DNA of 64,000 nucleotides from Candidatus Omnitrophota bacterium (GCA_030674475.1 JAUSCZ010000012.1:319-64318), one strand, 5' to 3'; positions 28,179 to 37,626 are shown, counted from the first letter of the stretch. A program made the numbers and translations. The notes: generated from the sequence alone by a model not told the origin.

Positions 28179-29204
28179 ATGGATAAATTCGTATTGTTGA
28201 CGCGTAAAGATAAACGCGCGTACTTTGAAGTGGCCGCGGCTAACTTGAACATAATGCCGCAACTGATTGAAAAGGATTTTTGGGTATGCTGGATACTAAA
28301 AATTATTTTTTCATTACCGAAGGTCGGCGCGCATTTAACCTTTAAAGGGGGAACATCCCTCTCAAAATGTTATAACGTTATTAAACGCTTTTCGGAAGAT
28401 ATCGATATTTCAATAGAAAGGCCTTTTTTATCAAAGACCCATGCTATCGAACCGGATAAAGAAAAAAGCAATAAGGAAAATCAGAAAAGACTCAAGGAAT
28501 TGCAATTGGTTTGTAAAACAAAAATTGATGAAATGATCATCCCCAGCTTAAAACAATCAATCGCGGCAGTTCTTTCCGATACCGGGGAATGGAAAATTGA
28601 ACCGGATTCCGGGGATGAGGACGGACAAACTGTTTTATTTATCTTTCCTCATGCTATGACGAGTACCGCGGAAAGTTACGTAAGATCCTCAGTCAAAATT
28701 GAATTTGGCGCTCGATCTGATCATTGGCCGGTTGAAACCGCGACAATTGTCCCCTATGTCGCGAATGTTTCCGGGGAGCGGGTTATTGAAGGGGCTTCCG
28801 CGCGCGTTTTAGCCGCGGAACGGACTTTTTGGGAGAAAGCGACGATCCTGCATATGATATATCATTATCCGTCTGAAAAAAACATACCGCCGCGAATGTC
28901 GCGGCATTATTACGATATATACGCGATGGCAGATTCGCCCATATATAAAAAAGCATTAAAGAGTATTTCGTTGTTAAAACATGTATCTGACCATAAATCT
29001 CTATTTTTTAAAGCGAATTGGGCGCATTATGATACAGCCAAGTCGGGTACCTTGCGGTTAGTGCCTCGTGATAATCTGGTGAGCCAACTGAAAAATGATT
29101 ACCGTCAAATGCAGCAAATGTTTTTTGAAGAGCCTCCGTCATTTGAGCAAATTATAGAAAAACTCCGGGCCATAGAAGAACAGATTAATAGGATCTCCTT
29201 ATGA
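28179..29204 (+). CDS. abiEii: AbiEii/AbiGii-family nucleotidyltransferase toxin (DUF1814)
   Basis: 'FKGGTSLSKCY...SEDIDIS' NTase motif typical of AbiEii. Confidence 0.75.
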   Translation: MDKFVLLTRKDKRAYFEVAAANLNIMPQLIEKDFWVCWILKIIFSLPKVGAHLTFKGGTSLSKCYNVIKRFSEDIDISIERPFLSKTHAIEPDKEKSNKENQKRLKELQLVCKTKIDEMIIPSLKQSIAAVLSDTGEWKIEPDSGDEDGQTVLFIFPHAMTSTAESYVRSSVKIEFGARSDHWPVETATIVPYVANVSGERVIEGASARVLAAERTFWEKATILHMIYHYPSEKNIPPRMSRHYYDIYAMADSPIYKKALKSISLLKHVSDHKSLFFKANWAHYDTAKSGTLRLVPRDNLVSQLKNDYRQMQQMFFEEPPSFEQIIEKLRAIEEQINRISL

Positions 29205-29349
29205 ATTACTACTGCACCTCAGATTATCACTTTTCGCGTTGCGTAAAAAAGAAGGCCCTGGCCTTATCCAATCCCGAACTGCATCGCCTTGCGCGAAAAC
29301 TATTAGAAGTTTAAAGGGAAAAAAGGAAAAATGGGGTCAGGGAATAATA

Positions 29350-29453
29350 GGGTCAGCGACCATTTTATTGAAAGATGGAGGAAATTTTGGGAAGCGTTAA
29401 CTATAATGAAAAAGGACAGACCACGAAAATGACAATAAATGGTCGCTGTCCTT
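29350..29453. repeat. Small TIR element (GGGTCAGCGACCAT ... ATGGTCGCTGTCC), GGGGTCAG-family relative
   Basis: A 12-nt inverted repeat with one mismatch flanks ~76 nt. It is preceded by a partial GGGGTCAG at 29333. Confidence 0.4.
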
Positions 29454-29530
29454 ATTTTCCGATTGTTCGCCTGGGCAAGGATTTTTGCAAAAAGACTAAA
29501 CCAAGGTGTGAAATATGCCCGATAAAGTAA
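29452..29530 (+). pseudogene. Fragment homologous to the 3' end of the endonuclease III-like gene at 45146..45787
   Basis: It translates to '..PIVRLGKDFCKKTKPRCEICPIK*', versus 'ALIVRLGKDFCKKTNPKCEICPIK*' at 45723..45787. The helicase start codon (29515) lies inside it. Confidence 0.6.
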
Positions 29531-32500
29531 AGAAACAATCCGAAGTGCAAAACAAAGCAATCAGGCTTTTTACTTATCTCGAAAAAGCCCTTTCTCTCGA
29601 TGACACTATCGTGAGAGATTTTCGGTCTACTATCACTGCACCTTCTCCTTGGTGGCTGGCAGATTTACCTGATGATGTTGAAAATCTTCAAGTTAGGCAG
29701 TTTGAAACTAATCAGACTGGGGATGAGGAGAATGCGACTCAAGATGAGGTTTGGCTTCGTGTGGAGAAAAAGAGTATCAAATCTGCTCCGCCGATGCCGG
29801 ATGCTCTGAACGAATGGATTGATGAAGTGAATCCCATTGAGACCCCAAAAGCAAAGGAAAAAATTGACCGGAAGATAAAGTTTGATCAAGACGAAACTCG
29901 CGCTCGGGAATTCAAAAAATTCAGAAAAGAATTTGCTCAAGGAAACAAGCCGCCGAAACTTCTTGAGGAATGGGTTGTTTTGAGCCCAAATAAATTTCCC
30001 GAGGTTATAGAAGAAAGATATATTGAGGAATACTTTAACGATCACCCCGAACTCCAAAGTCTTCTTAATGACTACATTGAGAACGAATGGAAGCCGTGGG
30101 CGCAAAAAGTGGTAAAAATCTACAAGGCAAATTTGCTTTATGACCAACTCTATGCCTTACGCTTTCTTTTGAAAAACGAGGGGGATAGTTATGAGTTGTT
30201 ATGGGGACACGGTTTACTCACATGGAAGCACGGTGGCATAGGGACAATTTATGCACCGATCTTTTTAACTCCTTTAACGCTGGGTTTTGACGCTTCAAAG
30301 AGAGTAATTGAGATTTATCCCGATCCAATGTTTCGGGGTTTTGCGGAAATTTCATCCCTGTACGAAATGGATAATCCCGCAGAAATGGACTTGATAACAT
30401 GGTCGGACAAAATCAATTCAAATCCATTCAACTTTTGGCATTTTGAAACACTCAAAACGCAGACGCGGTTTATGATAAACACACTCTCAACCTCAAGTGA
30501 AGACTATTTTGACGAAAAACTTGTTTCTGCTCCCAATTCTACCGTAACGCCGAGTATTTGGAACGCGCCAGTGATATTTGCGCGGAAACGGACAAATGAC
30601 CTTTGGTCAAAATACGCGGGTATTATTCGGCGCGATATCGAGCAGAACAACATAGAACCGACAGAGTTTATTGCCGATCTTGTTGGCAACTATCAAGAGA
30701 CGGAGCAAATAGAAAGCGAGAATGGCGGCGAAAAAGAAGGCGAAACGATACTAAAAGAATCAGAATTGTTTTTCCCGTTGCCATGGAATGATGAGCAAAA
30801 AAGAATCGCGGAACGGCTTGATGCGCATTATGGGGTCGTAGTAAAAGGTCCGCCGGGCACCGGAAAAACTCACACTATCGCCAATCTTATTTCTCGCTTT
30901 CTGTCACAAGGAAAGACTGTTTTGGTTACATCACAAACGAGTAAGGCATTGGAAGTTTTAAGAGATAAATTACCAGAAAATATTCGAAGCCTTGCCGTCT
31001 CGCAACTCCATCAAACCGCGAGACAGGACGATGTATTACAACAATCAATTACTGAGATTAGCTCTAACCTGGGAGAGCGGCATACAAAATTCAGCGAGCA
31101 AAAAGCGGAAATTAAAAGAAAGGAACTTCAGGGCGTCAGGGAAGAGAGAGCACCTCTCGCAAATCAAATAAGGAAGTACATTCTTACGGACTCAAGCGTA
31201 AAAATTGAAATAGACGGAGAGGAAATCAATCCTATTGACGCGGCGAAGTTGGTTAGCAGGTACAAAGATGATCCAACGCTTGAATGGTTTACGGATAAAA
31301 TTCACTTTGAGACAAAACTCAATTTCAAAGACGAAGATTTAGAAGAAATCTACATGTTACTTACAGAACTTAATTCCGAAGAGCGGCAACTACATAAATT
31401 TGAGTTACCAATGACCTTCAGTCTACCAAGCGAAGATGCGGCAACGGGAGTTTTTTCCTCATACCGAGATCTAAGTGATAGGGTGAAAACATCAAATAAA
31501 GTTTTTGGCGACTCCAATCCAAACCTCCAGCAGGAGAAACTCACAACCCTATGGGAACAACTATCAAGCGCTAAAAAGGTTTTATTTTCCATAAACAAGG
31601 ATTATGAAAAAGAGATTTTTGGATTGTGTATAGTCAGCCAAAGCGAGCGAGAAAAATGGCGCGTCGTCCTTTCAAAAATTGGCGAGAAAATCTATTTGAT
31701 CGGCAAAAGTAGTACAAGCATTCTCGGCCACGAAATTATCGGTAACCAAAACATCCCGCTCACTGATCTTTTGGAGGCAATATCTGTTCTGAAGGAAAAG
31801 GCGAGAGGTAGAACAAAGATAGGGACTTTTGCGAAGTTGCTTTTGTCGTCTCATGGGAAAAAGGTTTTGGAGAGCTACAAAGTAGACGGCCGCGTTCCCG
31901 AAGATGCAGAACGCTTGGAAATTCTGCACCAAAGCGTTCTTATCAAGCAAGCACAGAAAGAAATTAAAACTTTATTGGGACAAAGTTTTTCTCACCTGAA
32001 GTCGCCTTTTGATTCGCAGGATCAAGAGGTTGATGTGGTACAACTTGAGGTATTGATCTCAAGTCTTGAAAGGATAATCAATTACTACGAAAACTTTGTT
32101 ACCATAGACAAATTTTGCAAAGCAATAAGACAACTTTCCGATTTTGCGTTTACTAAAATCGAGGATATCGAAAAACTTACTGAAATCATTTCGTCCCATG
32201 TAGCGAAATTTGAGATCGTGAATTTAGAAACTTTATTGTCCGGCTGGACTCAATCAATTGAGACATCTATAAACGGCGAAAGACACTCAATCATAGAAAA
32301 ATTACTATCGGCGATAAACAAACGGAATACAACCGCATGGAGAAACGCCCTTGATGAACTCGGGTTGCTTCTTGATAAAAAGCAAAGGGCGATCCGCTTG
32401 AATGAATTATCTCAAAAAGTTAAAGAACTCTCTCCGAATCTCTATCAGGATATTGGTGGACTTGCCGATCAGAAAAAAAAGCTTTTGTGCCCTAAAAATC

Positions 32501-34113
32501 TCGGTCTTGCATGGAAAATAGCGCGACTCGAATCGTGGCTCGATCATATCCATAATCATATTGATATTGATAGTTTGCAAAATCAATTAGAGCGGCTAAC
32601 CAAAAAAGAATATCAACTGAATTCCGATCTCGTAACTATTCTCGCTTGGCAGAGACAGATTGATAAGGTTACGAAAAAACAACGTGATGCGCTGATGGCG
32701 TGGTCGCACGAGATGAAAAAGTATGGAAAGGGTACCGGCAAGTGGGCGATTACGCATCTCCGTGCGGCACAAGAGGCATTGAAAGAGGCGAAAAATGCCG
32801 TGCCTGTTTGGATTATGCCGCTCCATCGTGCCGCTCAAATGTTTTCGGATCCGAAGGCGGGAATGTTCGATATTGTTATTTTTGACGAAGCGAGCCAGTG
32901 CGATATACGAGGAATTACAATAGGATATCTCGGTAAAAAACTTCTCGTTGTCGGCGACCCAGAACAGATTAGCCCCGCCGGTATATTCCAAGATCAAGAG
33001 AAAATATTTGAACTCATTTCTCGATTTCTGTTTGATATTCCTTTCAAAGAAAGTTTCTCAATAACATCGAGCTTGTTTGATCTCGCAAAAATAAGATTAT
33101 CCAATATAATTCAGTTAAACGAACATTTTAGGTGCGTGCCGGAAATCATCGCATTCAGCAATCACCATATATACGAAGGAAAACTTAAACCTCTACGGTA
33201 TCCTCACCCTAAAGGATTATTGAAGCCCGCACTTGTTCCGATTTTTATAGAAACGGGCTATCAAAATACAAACAACAAAGTCAACGTGCCAGAAGCAGAA
33301 GCGATTGTTGAAAAGTTAGTTGAATGCCTAAATGACCCAAATTATCAAAAACGCCCGGATAATGTAGGTAGCCACATATGTACATTCGGGATCGTGTCTC
33401 TGCTTGCCGAAGATCAAGCGAAATATATCAAAGAGTTAATTTTAAGACGTATTGACGAGAGAACAATAGAGGAAAGGCGTATTGTTTGTGGAGATGCGTA
33501 TGCGTTTCAAGGAGATGAAAGGGATGTGATGTTTCTTTCTGTGGTGAAAGCACTCGATTCAAATGATCCGGAAGATGTAGTTAGATCTCTGACGGACGAG
33601 GGTACGAAACGAAGGTTTAACGTTGCCGCGTCTCGTGCCCGCGATCAGATGTTTTTATTTCATTCAATCCCCCTTGAAGAATTTAGAAACCCTAACGATT
33701 GGAGATATAAACTTCTCAACTGGTTTTACAATCCAAGGACCGAGGAATTGAATGCTGGGCGAGATGCCCTAAAGCGAGAGTTTAATTCTGGCAGGGCATC
33801 GCAGTTCTCTTTTGATGTTGGAAATATCCTGATCGATCGTGGCTATCAGGTTTTGCCGGAATATCCAGTCATTGGGTATCGAATTGACCTTGTTGTGCAG
33901 GGTGCAGAGGCTCGTCTTGCTGTGGAGTGCGATGGAGATCAATATCATACACTAGAAAATTGGGAAGAGGATCAAGTGCGAGAGAGACAGCTGAGAAGGG
34001 CTGGATGGGAATTTTGGAGAGTTACCGGAAGTGCGTTTTATCGAAACAAAGAAAAAGCTCTCGAAAGTTTATGGAAGAAACTAAACGAATTAGGCGTTAA
34101 ACCGATTATTTAA
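29515..34113 (+). CDS. 1532-aa SF1 (Upf1/DNA2-like) helicase with a DUF4011-like N-terminal region and a C-terminal Vsr/DUF559-type PD-(D/E)xK nuclease domain
   Basis: Walker A 'GPPGTGKTHTIANL', Walker B 'VIFDEASQ', 'VVGDPEQISP', 'CGDAYAFQGDERDVMFLSVV' and 'RRFNVAASRARDQMFLF' motifs. C-term 'YRIDLVVQGAEARLAVECDGDQYHTLENWEEDQVRERQLRRAGWEFWRV' matches DUF559. Confidence 0.8.
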   Translation: MPDKVKKQSEVQNKAIRLFTYLEKALSLDDTIVRDFRSTITAPSPWWLADLPDDVENLQVRQFETNQTGDEENATQDEVWLRVEKKSIKSAPPMPDALNEWIDEVNPIETPKAKEKIDRKIKFDQDETRAREFKKFRKEFAQGNKPPKLLEEWVVLSPNKFPEVIEERYIEEYFNDHPELQSLLNDYIENEWKPWAQKVVKIYKANLLYDQLYALRFLLKNEGDSYELLWGHGLLTWKHGGIGTIYAPIFLTPLTLGFDASKRVIEIYPDPMFRGFAEISSLYEMDNPAEMDLITWSDKINSNPFNFWHFETLKTQTRFMINTLSTSSEDYFDEKLVSAPNSTVTPSIWNAPVIFARKRTNDLWSKYAGIIRRDIEQNNIEPTEFIADLVGNYQETEQIESENGGEKEGETILKESELFFPLPWNDEQKRIAERLDAHYGVVVKGPPGTGKTHTIANLISRFLSQGKTVLVTSQTSKALEVLRDKLPENIRSLAVSQLHQTARQDDVLQQSITEISSNLGERHTKFSEQKAEIKRKELQGVREERAPLANQIRKYILTDSSVKIEIDGEEINPIDAAKLVSRYKDDPTLEWFTDKIHFETKLNFKDEDLEEIYMLLTELNSEERQLHKFELPMTFSLPSEDAATGVFSSYRDLSDRVKTSNKVFGDSNPNLQQEKLTTLWEQLSSAKKVLFSINKDYEKEIFGLCIVSQSEREKWRVVLSKIGEKIYLIGKSSTSILGHEIIGNQNIPLTDLLEAISVLKEKARGRTKIGTFAKLLLSSHGKKVLESYKVDGRVPEDAERLEILHQSVLIKQAQKEIKTLLGQSFSHLKSPFDSQDQEVDVVQLEVLISSLERIINYYENFVTIDKFCKAIRQLSDFAFTKIEDIEKLTEIISSHVAKFEIVNLETLLSGWTQSIETSINGERHSIIEKLLSAINKRNTTAWRNALDELGLLLDKKQRAIRLNELSQKVKELSPNLYQDIGGLADQKKKLLCPKNLGLAWKIARLESWLDHIHNHIDIDSLQNQLERLTKKEYQLNSDLVTILAWQRQIDKVTKKQRDALMAWSHEMKKYGKGTGKWAITHLRAAQEALKEAKNAVPVWIMPLHRAAQMFSDPKAGMFDIVIFDEASQCDIRGITIGYLGKKLLVVGDPEQISPAGIFQDQEKIFELISRFLFDIPFKESFSITSSLFDLAKIRLSNIIQLNEHFRCVPEIIAFSNHHIYEGKLKPLRYPHPKGLLKPALVPIFIETGYQNTNNKVNVPEAEAIVEKLVECLNDPNYQKRPDNVGSHICTFGIVSLLAEDQAKYIKELILRRIDERTIEERRIVCGDAYAFQGDERDVMFLSVVKALDSNDPEDVVRSLTDEGTKRRFNVAASRARDQMFLFHSIPLEEFRNPNDWRYKLLNWFYNPRTEELNAGRDALKREFNSGRASQFSFDVGNILIDRGYQVLPEYPVIGYRIDLVVQGAEARLAVECDGDQYHTLENWEEDQVRERQLRRAGWEFWRVTGSAFYRNKEKALESLWKKLNELGVKPII

Positions 34114-34155
34114 AAAACCATTAGAGTAAGCCAAAGTTGAAGAATACAGAAAAAT

Positions 34156-34229
34156 GGGGTCAGAGTGAATTTATGATGGCAGAATCGTGAGGGGAATAGA
34201 GAGAATGCTTAAAAAATAGACCTGACCCC
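34156..34229. mobile_element. 74-nt MITE, GGGGTCAG...CTGACCCC family, copy A
   Basis: Terminal inverted repeats GGGGTCAG/CTGACCCC. Identical, including short flanks, to copy C at 35536. Confidence 0.7.
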
Positions 34230-34249
34230 TATATTTGGCTGAAAATAAA

Positions 34250-34322
34250 GGGGTCAGAGCGGATTTAGGATGGTAGAATCGTGAGGGGATGGAGGGAATA
34301 CTTTAAAAGTAGACCTGACCCC
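34250..34322. mobile_element. 73-nt MITE, same family, copy B (diverged)
   Basis: GGGGTCAGAGCGGATTTAGGATGGTAGAATCGTGAGGGG...AGACCTGACCCC. Confidence 0.65.
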
Positions 34323-34431
34323 GACTCCTATGTGCGTTGAAGTAGCGAAAGCAAAATTTGCAATGAAACAGGCATGTAAGAGGTTAGTTTTCGCTATGAG
34401 CTTTATTACGGCTTAAATCTATGATTCTAAT

Positions 34432-35379
34432 ATGAAGAAATATGCAGATTCAATAACACAATATTTACAAAATGAATTAAAGAATTCTGCAGTTAGTTAT
34501 TTAAAGGCAGGGTTGGAGATTTTTCATAAGACAAATAAAGCAGGAAGTTGGAGCAGTCAACCTGCTTTGGGAAATTTGGGGATAGCGGTAGAATTGATGT
34601 TAAAGGCGTTTATCGTAAAAAATAATCCCCTTCTCCTTTTTAAAGGGTTGCCTATAGAACTTCAGGTGTTATTTACTTGCCCTGATTCTTTGCCCCGAGA
34701 TTTTAATTGGAGACTATTTGATATCGATTTACGATCATTTAAGTATGAAACCAAAGAATTAAATGAGTGTATCTCAGCATTTTATGTATTATTACCAGAG
34801 CATAAACAAGAGCTTAATCCGTACATGCAATTATTATCACGGTATAGAAATGCTAGTGTTCATTCTGCTTTGCCTTCATTTCAGGCCTATGAGATTCAAA
34901 GAGTGGCGTTTCTATCGTTGCGTTTGTTATCAATTCTCCAGTCTCGAAAAATAATCTCTGAGTATGCGCACATCACTACAAAAGATGACAAGTATTTCCT
35001 TTCTGCATTTAAACTTGACCGAATCGACCGTGTTAAGAAGAAAATCGATGATGCTAAGGAAAAGTCAAAACGTATTCCAGCGGGGCAAGCTTCATTGAGC
35101 GTAGATGGTTGGGAGAACTATGTGACACAATGTCCAATATGCGAATCTGACGGGATGCTTTCTGGCTATACAGATATACATGTTGAAGGGTCAGCAGAAG
35201 ATGTTGATCTATCGCTAGACTTTCTCGCAGATGGATTCATATGTGAAGAGTGTGGATTAGAGTTAAATGATACTGAAGAACTCAGGTTGGCAGGGATAGA
35301 GTTGTATTATGATCGTTCTAGTGAATTAGATGCATGGCATAGGGATCAGTATGAGCCTGATCCAAGTGAATATCTATAA
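34432..35379 (+). CDS. Hypothetical 315-aa protein with an Rx4H (HEPN-like) motif and a C-terminal zinc ribbon
   Basis: 'LLSRYRNASVHSALP' (R-x4-H) at aa ~139-144; 'CPICESDGM...CEECGLEL' Cys pairs. No other recognisable motif. Confidence 0.4.
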   Translation: MKKYADSITQYLQNELKNSAVSYLKAGLEIFHKTNKAGSWSSQPALGNLGIAVELMLKAFIVKNNPLLLFKGLPIELQVLFTCPDSLPRDFNWRLFDIDLRSFKYETKELNECISAFYVLLPEHKQELNPYMQLLSRYRNASVHSALPSFQAYEIQRVAFLSLRLLSILQSRKIISEYAHITTKDDKYFLSAFKLDRIDRVKKKIDDAKEKSKRIPAGQASLSVDGWENYVTQCPICESDGMLSGYTDIHVEGSAEDVDLSLDFLADGFICEECGLELNDTEELRLAGIELYYDRSSELDAWHRDQYEPDPSEYL

Positions 35380-35535
35380 CTATTTGCTTTTATGAACGAA
35401 GCCTATCCCCTTAAAATTCCGTCAGTTTTTTTGAAAAAAGAGGGAGAAGGATAGCGGGGTAAATAGGGTTAGCTTAGGTTGTCCCTATTTTTTCAAAGAG
35501 GAGCAATTTGGAAAAATTATTGCAGAGGGAATAAT

Positions 35536-35609
35536 GGGGTCAGAGTGAATTTATGATGGCAGAATCGTGAGGGGAATAGAGAGAATGCTTAAAAAATAGA
35601 CCTGACCCC
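35536..35609. mobile_element. 74-nt MITE, same family, copy C
   Basis: Identical to copy A. Confidence 0.7.
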
Positions 35610-35639
35610 TATATTTCCTATATTTACGCGGAACATCTG

Positions 35640-36412
35640 GAAGTATGGTATGGGCAGAAAAAAACAGAGACTATCAGCCGGCTAAGAGGAGAATACAAAC
35701 ACAGGATAAATTACCGGCATATCATAGATTGGCTGGTAAGGAAGCCCGGCGCATTCCAACAATACCGGTATCGGCAGGATATGTTCCCCACGACAATATT
35801 CCGCCTGGCATATGACAATTTAATAGCGCATAGCCCTGCCAAAGGGCATAAGGATTATCTGGAGATATTATATTTAGCTTCAAAAGAGAGCGAAACAGGG
35901 GTTGGACAGGCATTGGAGAGCCTTTTAGAGAATCAGCAGGCTATAAATATGGACGCGGTCAGGAAAATCTTAGAAGTGGATACAGAAAAAACATCAGTTG
36001 CGGATATACGAATCGACAGTATTAACTTATATGATTACGATGAATTCCTGACGGTTAAGGAGGCAGCCTGATGATAAAGACAGCAATCAATATTAAGTCG
36101 CGCCTCAAGGAAATGTTAAAAGAACTGCATTTATCAGCAATCAGGGAATCGTATGAAGAGCTGGCAAAAGACGCGCAAGCGAATTCGTTATCTCCTGAAG
36201 AATTTTTATTAGGATTGACTGAGCGGGAATGTGAATACCGGCGGTTAAGACGAACAGATCGGTTATTACGGGAATCGCGGCTGCCGCTGGAGAAAACGAT
36301 GGAGTTATTTAATTTAAAACGGCTGCCGGCGATAGTAATCCAGAAGGTAAAAAGCCTGCTTGATGGTGAATTCCTTAACCCCTCCGAAAATGGGGTCAGC
36401 CCCGGACAGTAG
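35640..36412 (+). mobile_element. IS21-family remnant: istA C-terminal fragment and 3'-truncated istB (N-terminal 113 aa only)
   Basis: 'MLKELHLSAIRESYEELAKDAQANSLSPEEFLLGLTERECEYRRLRRTDRLLRESRLPLEKTMELFNLKRLP' matches the IstB N-terminal domain. It stops before the Walker A box, exactly where repeat E1 begins. The upstream ORF 'DMFPTTIFRLAYDNLIAHSPAKGHKDYLEIL...' abuts it as istA does. Confidence 0.65.
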
Positions 36413-36470
36413 ACATTAATTGATAAAAGATTAATTGAATGACTATAATCGCGTTTTGTCCACACAACGC
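36392..36470 (+). repeat. Repeat E1: GGGGTCAG-initiated ~78-nt element end carrying an inward sigma70 promoter (TTGATA-18-TATAAT)
   Basis: ~90% identical to E2 (37480..37548). It truncates istB and sits 170 nt upstream of the DUF3800 gene. Confidence 0.6.
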
Positions 36471-36642
36471 TTAATTCATCGAATTCGATGGGGAGATAAA
36501 AAATGGACATCCTTTGTAACATGTTGAAATCTTTAACAGGATAGATAAATATTGTGACAAAGTTAATCTTGTTAAAAAGATTGGGCTAATCGTTTTTATC
36601 CGCGAAGTAGAGTAAAACGTGGCTGTGCAGAAGGCAGGGTAA

Positions 36643-37295
36643 GGTGTTTTATTTATATCTAGACGAAAGCGGTGATTTGGGGGTTTGATTTTGTTACTAA
36701 GAAACCCTCAAAATTCTTCACTATCATGGTGCTCGTGCTGAAAGGACAGGATAAGAACCGCGCGCTTATTAATGCGGTAAAGCATACATTAAGGCGCAAG
36801 TTAGGGAAAAGGAAGCTGTTCAAGAGCATTGGCTGCGAATTAAAGGCAAGCAGGGTGTCTATTGAAATTAAAAAGTATTTCTACGACCAGGTCAAGGGGT
36901 TGGATTTCAAATTGTATACGTTGACTCTCAACAAGAAAAGGGTGTATCAAAGCTTAATGCAAGAAAAGGAGAGAATTTATAATTACCTCGCCCGCTTAGT
37001 GTTGGATAAGATAAGTTTTGATAATGCTGAAGTCAGGGTTACGCTGATAGTGGACAAAAGCAAGGGTAAGCCTGAAATTTCCGAATTCAATTCATATATC
37101 TTTAGGCAGATTCAGGCAAAAATTGATCCCAAGATACCATTAGATATTGAGCATGCGTTATCGCATGAGAACTTGGGTTTGCAAGCAGTGGATATGTTTA
37201 CTTGGGGGATATTCAGAAAATATGAGAGGAAAGACTTTGGGTGGTTCAGGGTATTTGAGAGCAAGATGGCTTACGATGATGTTTATCTACCATAA
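36643..37295 (+). pseudogene. DUF3800-family gene with a +/-1 frameshift in a G5 tract
   Basis: GTG-initiated 'VFYLYLDESGDLGV*' (the N-terminal DUF3800 DESGD motif) stops at 36686. The rest continues in another frame as 'GFDFVTKKPSKFFTIMVLVLKG...GLQAVDMFTWGIFR'. A single-base change in GGGGG would fuse them. Confidence 0.6.
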
Positions 37296-37626
37296 AATAA
37301 AAATGAGCGCGCCTTACAGGTTCGTTAAGTTTAGGCTTTTGCCCACCATACGGAGGGGAACACCTAAACAACCCGTAACGGTCTTACCGCTCACTTATAA
37401 GTATACCCTATGAGAAGGTTTTGTCAAGATGAAAATTTGGATAAATAGTCGTTTCTGTGCAAAACGACGGGAAAACGACGGGGTCAGACCCGGACAGTAG
37501 ACATTAATTGGTAAAAGATTAATCGAATGACTATAATCGCGTTATGTCCAACTATGGGATAGTAGAAACATATTGACAATGTAACTACATTGTAGTATTA
37601 TTGTAATAGAATAAGAAAATGAACCA

